NCBI GenBank assembly: GCA_009103225.1
Contig: RHPI01001116.1
Location: 182,777 to 246,776 of the forward strand
DNA: 64,000 nucleotides
Direction of reading: 5' to 3'
DNA from: Chlorokybus atmophyticus
Lineage: Eukaryota > Plantae > Mesostigma and Chlorokybus algae
A program made the translations under genes and the position numbers. This document shows, one piece after another, positions 42,795 to 54,497 of the stretch; within the stretch, counting starts at the first letter, position 1; each line of letters begins with the position of its first letter. The notes below the pieces were generated by a model, which was not told where the DNA came from, ran no database searches, and saw only the letters and a program-made list of their open reading frames with translations.

Positions 42795-43829
42795 AGCATA
42801 GCAAGCACATGACAAGTTGCCACTCTTTGATGTTAAAAAAGTAGAAGAGAATGCTTGTGTGCTGGTACATGTGGGAATCCAACATGCAAACGGATGTGCT
42901 GCATTCATTGACTGAGTTGCAAAATTAAAAACAGAACCTTGAGTATGCCCTACTCCAATGGTGGTAATGGTGCCAAAGTATCATGAGCCGGGTTGAAGCA
43001 TACTCGGGGGGGNNNNNNNNNNNNNNNNNNNNNNNNNNNNNNNNNNNNNNNNNNNNNNNNNNNNNNNNNNNNNNNNNNNNNNNNNNNNNNNNNNNNNNNN
43101 NNNNNNNNNNNNNNNNNNNNNNNNNNNNNNNNNNNNNNNNNNNNNNNNNNNNNNNNNNNNNNNNNNNNNNNNNNNNNNNNNNNNNNNNNNNNNNNNNNNN
43201 NNNNNNNNNNNNNNNNNNNNNNNNNNNNNNNNNNNNNNNNNNNNNNNNNNNNNNNNNNNNNNNNNNNNNNNNNNNNNNNNNNNNNNNNNNNNNNNNNNNN
43301 NNNNNNNNNNNNNNNNNNNNNNNNNNNNNNNNNNNNNNNNNNNNNNNNNNNNNNNNNNNNNNNNNNNNNNNNNNNNGGGGGGGGGGGGGGGGGGGGGGCT
43401 GTGTTGAAGCAATTTGGCAAGCGCGAAATAGGGACACACGTGCGGTTGTCAGCAACATTTAAGCAACCCTCGCATTTATCACGGATTCTTGGCTACATTT
43501 TATGGACGGGTGGTACCCTACTTTGTTGTGGACATTTAGTGGCACAATGCATGGTGTAAACAGTTCGTTCTTAATTGACACTGGTACAACACACAACTTC
43601 GTTGAGGAACAACGGTGTGAAAGTCGAGGCAAAGTTTCATGATTTTAGGACCTTTGTTGGCCTATGTATCGAGCACCACGTTTTCACGACTTGTGGCAGA
43701 TATTGGCGAGTTATAAATCTGCCGCGGATATCGACCGGGGCCCAGGACCAGTCCGAAAGGTGCCGAAAAACGGAGGGCCAATCGAGAAGGGCTCGACCAG
43801 GTTTCTGGAAGGGCCTGGCGCCAAGTAGT

Positions 43830-46800
43830 ATAACTTAACCATATGAGCACCTAATCAGGAGATCTTTGGTGCGTAAGAAAGGTAGAAGTATACTACAAGG
43901 TTCTGCAATAACTTCTTAGCATCTAGTTTTGTGTAGCACGGGAATCGTCTAGACAGCAGCATGTGCAGATTGGTAGGTATAAAAGCAACATTCTACAATA
44001 TGCAATACAACCTTTAGCTCCCTGGTTGCTTGTGTACAAGCCTGGTGGTGGTTAGCAGAGGTTGCTAGCGTGTGTCCACTGGTGTGTGCTTGCTTGTGCA
44101 ACGATCCAAGGCGCTACACAAGTCGGTGTGTAGCTTCGAGCGCGTGCGCGTGCGTACGCGAGTGGCGGGGCGCGCGTGTGTGCTTGGCATACGGGGCAAG
44201 GGTCCGGTGTGAATACCGTGCCTTTGTGAGAGGGTTGTTGATTGGACCAACTCACAGGTGACAAGGCACGAGCACCGTCACAACTGGTATCGGAGCACGC
44301 TTTACGAAGGTGAGAGAGATAGTGTGTGGGCGTTTACACTTTTCATTCAGAAGCGGAGTTTAGTGTGTTAGTGAAGATGGAGGATGCTCGCATGGAAGAG
44401 CTTCAAGATGCCATCTTAGCATTGAGGGAGGAGCTTCATCACACTCACACGGCGGCACAAGCACAACGCGAGGTGTATGAGCATGCGATGGCGCGTGTAC
44501 AAGTTCACATGGCATCAAGCTCGCGCGTGCATGTGAAGGTTCCAAAGCCCAATCATTCAAGGGTCAACGTGATGGAGATGCAGTGGACGAATGGAATTCA
44601 AGTATCGTCGTGGTTGAAGCTCACGGAGGTGCCCACGCATTTGCACGTGGAGGTTGCAGCGACATTGCTGGAAGGTGCAGCACGTGTATGGTGGAGACAT
44701 CGTTGTACGCGTGTTGCAAGTGGGTTGGCGCTACCATTGACCACCATGGAAGAGTTGGCTCTGGAGATCAGGCATCAATTTGTTCCCGTGGAGAGTGTGA
44801 AGGCCGCACGCGATAAAACTGCCTTTGTGCAAACGGGGTCGGTGACGGCGTACACGGCTACGTTTCAGCGTTTGGTGATGTCCATACCCAACATGACCGA
44901 GGATGAGCAGTTGGACAAGTACACACGTGGTTTGAAACCTTTGGGACGCAAAGAAGTGGAGCTACGGGACCCTAAAACTTTAGCGGAAGCTATATGCATC
45001 GCGAAGCGTCTCGACGCGTTGTATTTCGAGTCTTCTGCAACGAACGCTGACTGGAGGCGTGGGAGCAAACAGGAGCGTGGTGATCAACTTAGGGGAAGCT
45101 TTCAACATGCATGGACATGAAGGAACTAAGTTCACTTCTTGCAAAGGAAGGTGGAGCTGATTTTGGACCATCACCAATGGAGGTGGGTGCCGTACACACG
45201 CGTAACAACGTGATGAAGCACGGTGGACGTGGTGAGGCAGGTAGCAAGTGCGCAACTGTTACGTTTGCGGTTTGACAGAACATTTGGCTTTCAATTGCTC
45301 GAAGGGTGCACGGAAACGTCTGCATCAGCTGGCAACACATATTGCGCACGACGCATCAACGCAATGGAGGAAGATGGCGTGGAGGATCAGAGAAACGACT
45401 CCCCCCAGTAGGTAAGGAGGCTACTGCTGGGGATGAGAGGGAGCCTCACGTACAAATGAAGATTGTGACATTGCAATTGAGGAAGAAAATGGAGGTGGCT
45501 ATGAACACGCCCATTGTGGTAAGTTATGCAAGCGAGGAGGCAACAAAGTACGTTGGGCTTCTGGCACGCATTTGCGATGACCGAGGACAATGGAGGGAGT
45601 GTCACCTTATGGTTGATAGTGGAGCAGACAGCACCTTCATTAGTGAGGAGGTTGCACGGCGCTACGGTTGGCTTTCACCATTACAAAGAGGAGAAGTGAA
45701 ACTTGCTGATGGGGAACCACCCTAAGGAGTTGTTTGTTCAGATGGGGAAGTTGAAGGAGAATATGCGTTTCTGCTGCATCACCCTACGGAATGGGTTGGA
45801 AATTTTGGGACTACCATGGCTGTGGCAACATAACCCATCTATCAATCGGAGGAGGCGTGTGCTCACCATCAAGGGAAACGATGGACAGTCCATTCAAGGT
45901 CTACGCGTGTGCTCCATCTGTAACAAACCACCAGCCCACAAAAGCACGAAGTGTGTTTTGTGGCCATTGTGGCGTTATTGTTTAATCGTCCGTGACATCA
46001 TGTCACGGACGACTAAATAATAACGAATGATTCCCCCCCACTTCCCCCCCCACTTAGGTATCTACTGTCCTCATCAGATGTGAGTTTTTACAGGGCTTCA
46101 CGTCACTGAGCAGTGGAAGCTATTTTACAATCGTCACCGAGCAGTCGCAGCGCGCTTTGCGCGTATGGGACCGACTGTTAGTCACCGTCAGGCAAGTCGC
46201 GCGATACTACCCAGCGGCGGCTCCAGGTACACGCGACGCGTCAGAATGTTCGACTGCCGTCCGGCAAGTCGCGCATTGACGCGCGACTCATCATGGATCG
46301 ATAACAATGACCTCAAAAATCCTTCTTGGTCTACCGCCGCCAGGCGGTTTCGACCTCAGGACCTTTTCGGTCTAAAGCTCCGATGACCAATGTAACAAAC
46401 CACTAGGCCACAAAAGCACGAAGTGTGTTTTGTGGCCATTGTGGCATTATTATTTAGTCGTCCGCGACACCATCGAAGTGGAAGACCACTCTTGCGAGGA
46501 AAGCAAGAAGGGCTTTGTCATAGTCGCGACGGACGTCGCTAAGGCAAGTATGTGCACGTGTGTTGAGCACCTGCAAGGGGATACAAGCACCGGAAAGGCA
46601 TGGCACGCGCAATTAGGTGGGATTTTTGTTGCTCAAAATTCCTATGTGCAATTGAGGAGGCTGCTATTCCCATAAAAAGCGAAGGATGCATGGTTGTGCG
46701 TGGTGCGTTAGAGCACATCAAAATCAGCACCGAAGCTGAGTGACTGCACTGAGACAGCCATGCGAGGTGTGCAAACTTGTTCAGGACTACCAAGATATCA

Positions 46801-48848
46801 TGGTGGACGGACCTCCAGATGGTCTGCCACCCTCACGGGGCGTTGATCACCGTGTGGAGTTGATTGAGGGCGTGCACAAGCCACCCTACATGCCTGTATA
46901 TAAGTTGTCACCTCTAGAGTTGAAGGAGGCTGAGAAGCAGATAGCGTACCTTCTAAAGAGAGGTTACATCCGGCCAAGTAAGTCACCTTATATTGCACCA
47001 ATACTGTTTGTGCGAAAGAAGAACGGGAGCCTGCGTATGTGCATGAATTACCGAGTGCTCAACACCATTACAAAGAAGAATTGCTTTCCTACCGCGTATT
47101 GACGAGTTGCTGGAGCAGCTACAAGGTGCGCAGTACTTTACCACACTTGATCTTGCTGAAGCTTATCATCAGATCCGCATCGCACCAAAGGACGTGGAGA
47201 AGACAGCGTCAAACACGCGCTATGGACATTATGAGTGGTTAGTAATGTCGTTTGGGCTTGCGAACGCGCCAGCGACATCTCAGACGCTGATGAACAGCGT
47301 TTTTGCTGACTTGTTAGGTAAGGGAGTCTTCGTGTACCTCGACGACATTCTGGTGTACTCGAAGACAAAGGACGAGCATGTGAATCTTCCACGGCGCGTG
47401 TTGCAGCGTTTACGCAAGCATAAGTTGTACGCTTAGCTACAGAAGTGCAAGTTCTGCTACGCGAGGTGGAGTACCTAGGCCACATTGTGTCACACGAATG
47501 GATCAAGTCGGACCCCAACAAAGTGCAAGTGGTGCGCGAATGGTCTGCCCCGACCAACGTGAAGGAGGTAATGTCGTTCTTGTGCCTTGCGGGGCATTAT
47601 CGCAAGTTTATCATGGGATTTTCGCGCATTGCGGCCCCTTTGACCACCCTACGCAAGAAAGGGAAGTCTTGGAGCTGGTCTACAAAGGAAGAGCATGCAT
47701 TTGCTGCATTAACGAAGGCGTTGACATAGGCACCCGTCTCGGCTCACCCCGACATGGACCAACCCTTCATTTTGGCATCCGACACAGCTGTGGGAGCTGT
47801 GTTATAACAAGACCAAGGCATGGGTCTTCAACCTGTAGCGTTCTTTAGTTAAAAACTGAGTGCAGAGCTGAACGACCCTGTGCACGAAAAGGAGCTATTG
47901 GCGCAAGTGATGATGCTGCGACAATGGCGATGCTTTCTTCAGGGCAAAATGTTCGTGCTGGAGACGGACCATTCCCTATTAAGGTACTTACAGACACAAC
48001 CAAAACTGAGCTGGAAACAAGCGCGGTGGTTGGAGTTTTTTCAACTTTTTCATTTTGAGATCAAGTACAAGCCCGGTATGTCTAATAGTGTGGCCGACGC
48101 GCTAAGCCGGTTGAATGCGATTGAAGCACTCGCTCAAGTGCAACTGGAGTGGACTGATCAGATTCAACAAGTGCTTTGCAAATATATATATACAGAGGGT
48201 AGGAGAGTCTTGTGGGACATGGAGAGCACAGCAACCGACACAAGTACAATACAGTCAAAAAGCCCAAGCTGATGCGCATTGTATAGAGGCCAACTACGAT
48301 GTAGGCTGTTCGTTGCGACTCAATACCAAAAACGTATCCATTAAGGGAGTAGGTAGCCGCAAGTGGTTCCCTCGCTCAATAGGCCCTTTTTAAGTGATTG
48401 GTCAGGTCGGCACTCACGCATATCGGTTGGACTTGCCATAGTTGATACGCATTCACAATGTGTTCCATGTGACTGTACTGAAACCGTATCGTTCTGACGG
48501 TTGGGTTCAACCACCTCCACCCCCCGTTGCAGCGGATGGCGACAATACTTTCGGGTATGAGGCGGAAGCATTCTTGAGTCACCATAAGCCTCAACGCGGA
48601 CGCGCGCCGTCTTACTTAGTGAAATGGAAAGGGTATGGTTTTGAGCACAACACGTGGGAGCTCGAAAGGAATCTGAACAAATGCCAAGAGATTCTTCAGG
48701 GGTACTGGGAGTGCTGTGTCCACACGCGGGCGGTAAAAGGGTGCTGGCAGACATCTTTACTCCTTCGGCCCTGGTTCTCTCACTGCTTTAGTTCTCAGTG
48801 CTCATGGTGAGGCTTTGCTAACCCTTCAATGTGGACATCAAAATCGGA
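43830..48848 (+). mobile_element. degenerate near-full-length Gypsy chromovirus (gag, protease, RT, RH, chromodomain; integrase core deleted)
   Basis: LTR end ..cgtcaca at 44282, PBS TGGTATCGGAGC 44285-44296, gag (ATLLEGAARVWW..FQRLV..DKYTRGLK), protease LMVDSGAD, RT (PSKSPYIAPILFVRKKNGSLRMC..YHQIRI..FGLANAPA..VYLDDILVYS), RH (HEKELLA), chromodomain (YLVKWKGYGFEHNTWE). Many stops and frameshifts. The 5' LTR left boundary is uncertain. Confidence 0.9.
45919..46469 (-). mobile_element. TRIM-B: 551-bp terminal-repeat retrotransposon in miniature inserted in Gypsy pol
   Basis: 79-bp LTRs at 45919-45997 and 46391-46469; PBS-like TTGGTCATCGGAGC (reverse complement of 46377-46390); duplicated PPT at 46033-46057; perfect TSD CCATC. 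Confidence 0.92.
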
Positions 48849-48871
48849 AAGGGGGGGGGGGGGGGGGGGGN

Positions 48872-48929
<58 letters not shown>

Positions 48930-49263
48930 TGTAACAGAGTGCGATTTTTAGACAGGTTCCCGCCCTCATGTAGGAATAAATAAAGGTCTCAAAGGTTATA
49001 TACAACCAATTAAGCCATATTAGGACCGTTGACCTGATGTTAAGGCCTAATGCAGTGGTACTTATCTGTGACACTGATATCGACATGAGACATGAGTGTC
49101 ACATCAATATCAGCTGTATGGCAGCACTATTAATGCAGCCGCCACAGCTAAAGGATCTTCTGCTCCGGCGATTGCCCTTGGCGGCGGCAGTGAGGACGGC
49201 GTGGCTGGAGGTGGTGTTGGGGTAGGGGATTGAAGGGAAGAGGTGGCACCCCATTTCCTTGCA
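48930..49263 (+). mobile_element. 334-bp Gypsy LTR, same family as 36580-37945; does not match the LTR ending at 44282
   Basis: TGTAAC...TTGCA; preceded by a poly-G run containing an n. Confidence 0.75.
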
Positions 49264-49439
49264 ATTTGGGCACAGCAATGGATTGCGTGAGTCATGGATC
49301 GCACTGCTTACCATGCCGCAGCATCTACCGGCAGTGCAGTTGCAGATAACTTGACGCAGCTGCTGGCTCTCCACTTAATTAAGTGGCTCGTCAGCAAACG
49401 AGCCACCTCTAGCTTCAGCAGCCGGTGACAGAGGGGAAC

Positions 49440-50050
49440 ACACGGATTGACGTTCGGGGACCATGTATGGTCCTTCCACGGACCCCGCGGGCCATACATG
49501 GTCCGTGCCCCGAGGACCACGAGTGCCTGGTCCCCGGGGGACGGACCGTCCATGGTCCTTTCGGGGCCCCGATACCTGGCGCGCAGTCGCGCACCATACA
49601 TGGTCCGCGGCCGGACCAGGTGATATACCGGTCCGATATGCCGTGAAAGTCCGGACCATGAATGGTTCGCAGCCGGACCAGGCATTTTCCCGGTCCGACT
49701 GTCAATGGGTCTACGGACCATGCATGGTCCGGACTACATCAATGCTTGACCATATATGTTCCGGTAGATAACATCAATGTGGCTGGTCCGAACCGGAATC
49801 ATTGGGCGGACCATTGCTGGTGCACGCTGAGCTTATCGGTCACTTTTGACAAGCAGCACGCACCGTGCATGGTCTGCGGCTCATGAAAGCTCATACAGGT
49901 CCACAGTTTTGTAAGATTGCGGACCATTCATGGTCTTTAACCCAACCAGGCTCTTCCCAATCGGATTATCCGCGGGTAGGGACCATGCATGGTCGGTACC
50001 CCATGATTGCTGAACCATGCATGGTTCGAGGTTGGTCCTCACGTAAATGA
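49440..50050. repeat. subterminal repeat array of a CACTA-type transposon
   Basis: More than 15 GGACCA/TGGTCC copies in both orientations, often as palindromic GGACCATNNATGGTCC, upstream of the transposase. Confidence 0.75.
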
Positions 50051-50591
50051 TTCCGATTCGGCATATTATGTAATTACATGGAGTGAAGACTGGGCAGTCG
50101 CACCATGCATGGGCCAATACTGGCCACTACCGGCGCGACGGATTAAAAAAGAGTGATTTGCAAATTATGGCAGCGGAGGATGTGCTCATTGACTCCGTTA
50201 GTGCATGCAATCAGACAAGTCAATGCATTGACAGGGCCAACCAGCACATCCCTCCCATTGCCATAAGATAATATGCTGAGTATGTTCTCGTATATGATAC
50301 ACGTCATAGCTAAGATTGCACGGATGCTGGGATACAAGACGTAGCCCAGCCTCATCTGACCGTCGATTCAAGCGTATCGAACGGTCGGCATATTCAAGTT
50401 ACATGGAGTGAAGACTTGACAGTCGCACCGTGCATGGTGCGACTGTCGAGTCACGTGCATGGGCCAACAATAGGGTTCCTACCTACATGGTCTGCGTAAT
50501 AGGGTTGCGCTCAGAGAGGGAGCGGCGGCGCTCAGGTTGGTGGCGGCGGCCTCGTTGGCGGTGTCTTTGCTGGCAGAATCTAGCTGTACCA

Positions 50592-53500
50592 ATGGCCAAT
50601 AAAAAGGCTGTCCGTTTCGCCAAGGACATTAGTACTAAGCTGGGAATCAACTTGCAACCAGCCAGTAAGAGGAACACCTTTCGTAGGAACAAGCGCCTTC
50701 GCAGCCAATAGAGTTCCCTACCCTTACCGGAGCAGGCTGATGTCGTCCAGCACCATGTGGTTGATGACCAGCCCATTGAGGCTGTCAACCCTCAGCCCGC
50801 CCATGAAGATCCGGCCATGCTCGGGCAGCATAGCGACATCAGCCAGCAGCATGAGCAGTAAGTTGACCACGCTGTTGTACCTGGCGTACTGCTCTTCATT
50901 GAGTATACATGACAGTATGCATGCCACTAACAATAGGAATGCTGTACATAAACAGCCTTCACCATGCTAAGAGACTGTCGATCAACTTAGTGCACTTGCT
51001 GCCCTGCTGTGATCTCCACTGTCAGCCGATGGTGCCATTGCATGTGGTGTGTCACTGACTGCAAGATTGCTTCAGGCATCCCGTGCTTGGACAGCCGACT
51101 GTTAATTTGGCCGGCACCAGCAATGAAGCGGCAGCTACACTTTACGAAAGGGAACAGTCAGGTGGACAGCCGACTTTCGATGTTGCCAGCACCAGCAGTG
51201 CCGCAACAGCTCCACTTCAACATCAGGCTGATCCACAGCCGACTGTCAACATGCCTAGCTTCAGCAGCGCCGCAACTGCTCCACATCAGCATCAGTCGGA
51301 TCGACAGCCGATTGTTGACATGCCAATTGAAGACATGTTTGAGCCTCTTGGTAGCGATGATGATGATCCAGAACAGCAAGAAGTGTCCTACACAATTTGC
51401 TCTTGCCCAAGGTGCCTTGGCAAGGTGAGCAATCAACTTGTTGCGCGCATAGTTGTCGTACTGTAGCTGCCCATGTCTGGGAATGCTGCATGCCTGCGAC
51501 TGTCCGTAGCGCCACCATGCGCGTCCGTAGCCCACCATGCGCGCACTTTCAGCATTGCCATCCATGCTACCTACATTGACAGTCGTATGTTGCGATTGGG
51601 CAGTGGGTTGAGTTGGAGACTTCATTGGCTCACATGCGACTGGACGAGGCAGCGCAAGAAAGTATGCACCCACCGCCAATGCCTTCAGCGCAATGTGATG
51701 CACCTCAACCCGGCATTTCTCGTCAACAACAGTCCTCGAAAACACCCACGCAAAAAATGCTGGACAAGTTCATGTCGTTGCTGACAGACTTGGAGGACTC
51801 TCATGCACAGCAATCACTGATCAACAACGTGCTGAAGACTGTTTTTGGTGCCGAAGACTCCATTGTACAGCTGGCCAAGGATCCCGCCTACAACCACAGT
51901 CAGCTCCGTAACGATCTCCATGCCTTGCTCGGCCAGCGCAACCCCTCCGAGCCGGCTGACATCACGGCCGTCGATGCATTGCTGACTTCCATCGGAATGC
52001 CAGAGTCACAGAGATATACAGCATGCACACGATGCAATTATCTCTTTCCAGATGCCTATCCATCAGGCTACGGTGACTGCGAGGACAGCTGCCAAGACGA
52101 CAGTCGCCACAAGATTCTGAAACGCTTGTGGGAACAGCCGTGCGGAGGCGAATGCGGGCGCACGCGCAAGGAGTGTATAGATTTTTTGTACACGCCCATT
52201 GGTCCAAGACTCGGTCCGTGGCTGCAAGTTCCTTCGATCGCATATGACAACCTTGCTGCTTGGCGAGACAAAGACACCTGGTTCAACGTGCCAGCAAACC
52301 ATCCCCCAGCTCCTCAATGGGAAGCTTGGCATGGCAGCAAGTGGAGAGAACTGACTGCTTTTTGGGACTGCACGAAGACCATCCCTCTGCCAAACAAATG
52401 CGACTGTGGACGCTACAATTATGACATTGACATGTCGCAGCACAGGGATGGTTATCAGAAATGGCATTGCGAGTGCTCCTATGAGAATGAAGAGGCTGCG
52501 CAGCAGTGTACTGGAGACCCACGCAACATTGGGCTCATGCTGCACAGTGATGGTTTCAGCTGCGCATCCACTACAAAGCGGAGCACCCTTGTCATCAACG
52601 TCGTTGTGCTCAATGGAGGCAAGCGCGTCAGCTCACAGGCGTCTTCCATCATGCCAGTAGTATTTGTCCCAGTTGACGAGCTACTCGACGCGGACAAGGA
52701 CTGTCTGAACCCGTTCATGAAGCCCATGGTGGATGAGTTGGAGGATTTGTACGCCATGGGCTTCCCCACGCACTACGGTTTGGACTCCAGCCAGGTGGAC
52801 ATCAAGCTCCCTCATCGATTGGCTGGTACGCTCGCATGCATCTGTTTAGCAGTGCCACGCGCACGCAGCTGTTCTTGCGACTGTCATATGTATGGAATGC
52901 ATTGCTGTTCTTGTTTAAGCTCAGGACTGTCTTTGCGCTGTCAACTGCGACTGTCAATCTTATGCGCTCCACTGCTATGCTTGTATGAGTTCGCTTGAGC
53001 AAGGCTGTTCATGCGACTGTCCATTCCAGGTTCCATGTCCGACAGTCCAAATCGACAGTCGCGGCTGTGTCCCGTGCATAGTCGCGTACGCGCGCTGCTG
53101 CGCACGAAGCAATGAGTCCTGATGCCTCCAATGGTTTGCAGGTGATAAGATTTTCCTGAGAGCCATGGTCATGAACATTGCCGGTGACAATCCAGCCCAA
53201 AGCGAGATGGGGCAATTCAAGAATGGCGGCTTATGCGGTTGCAGGGCTTGTTGCCTGCTGGCAACTCATATCCGGCACTCTACTGTCACGAAAAAAGTCA
53301 CTCAAGATCCCAGCACTGGCGACGATGTTGTTGAAGAAACTCGGAGCAACAGGACCGACTTCCACTATGCTAGCAGCCGCTACCACAGTCGCCATCCATT
53401 TGCCAAAAGAACTGCAGAGGCCACATACCAGCTGGCCGATGAAGTTGAAAGCACTGAAGATCCCAATCGCAAGAAAGAAAAGGCCAAGAAGTATGGCGTC

Positions 53501-54497
53501 AACGGGCTGTCGCCTTTGTGGAGGCTTTAGCGGATGTACAACTTTGACCCATGTCAGGACATGGTCTTTGATACCATGCACACGCTAGCCGAAGGACTGG
53601 CCAAGAGCTTGACAGCCTGCACTCTGATGGATGGTGGGGACGAGCAGGTCAGCAAGGCTGACATCGACAGTCGGCTGTCCGTGATGAGAAATGCAAGACC
53701 AAGAGAGGTGAAGAATGGTAATCGCTGGCCACACGGCCTCAGCAGTCGCCTTGGATGGTGGAAGGCGCAGGAGCACCAGTTCTTCGTGCAATTTGGTGTG
53801 CCCTATGTTTTTCACAAGCTGCTCAGCGAAGAAAGGAGAGATCTCGTCATGTGTCTCCACATGATCTTCCGCTTATTCTTTGACATCTCACGGCGCTTTG
53901 GTTGGGATTCAGACCGCCTGGAGCTCGCGGATGCATTGCTCAGGTACTGGAAGGTCAACAGCGAGATCTGCTTTGGCACCAATAAAAAGATTTTGGAGCA
54001 CATTGCGGGAACTTGCCACCTGCTTGACAACATCCGTAGACACGGCAACCATGACGTGTTCTTGTGCTACGCCGCTGAGCGCGCTGTGAAGCTGTATGTC
54101 AACACCCCGTCCAACTGCAAGGATTATGAGATCAGCTTTATGAAACGTTCTGTCAGGAGATGGTTTGTGCGACTATTTGGCGTCATGCGTGACGATTAGC
54201 GTTCAGGCCTGCTGCTCTGCCATAGAGTTGGCAACATACTGTCTACAATCTGCAAAACAGAATTCAACGGGTCCACCTGGTATGAGGTCGCCACAATCAA
54301 GCACGCAGAGGATATTTGGGCGCTTGTGGAAGCATACCCCACTCTGGCACACTCCAGGTGCATCAAAGAACAAGGCATAGTGATTGGGCGAGGCAACACT
54401 CATTATGTCGCGAGCGACGGCTTGTTCGAGAGCATCTGTGCACAAGAGAACATTGCCATTGGCACCCCGACATGGCGGACAGTGCGCGACTACAAAG
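50592..54497 (+). pseudogene. CACTA/EnSpm-family (Transposase_21-like) transposase, intron-containing, with in-frame TAG stops, truncated by Copia
   Basis: GDPRNIGLMLHSDGFS..STLVINVVVLN; LIRFS|MVMNIAGDNPAQSEMGQFKNGGLCGCRAC; FDPCQDMVFDTMHTLAEG; WKAQEHQFF; HLLDNIRRHGNHDVFLCYAAERAV. TAG at 50709, 53528 and 54197, with the reading frame continuing after each. Confidence 0.88.

Noticed and set aside
43848-49263. Treating 43.8-49.3 kb as one intact Gypsy element with paired LTRs
   Set aside because: The LTR ending at 44282 does not match the LTR at 48930-49263, and a poly-G/N run lies at the junction; likely a chimera or misjoin.
49371-49416. Palindrome ccacttaattaagtgg and hairpin gtggctcgt..acgagccac as the CACTA terminus
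   Set aside because: The matching right TIR and TSD are not in the window, so the terminus cannot be assigned.
50709-54199. Possible TAG=Gln reassignment (as in some ulvophyte algae) to explain in-frame TAGs
   Set aside because: Host genes in the window end in TAA or TAG at conserved C-termini and have no internal TAR codons; TGA stops also interrupt the TEs.
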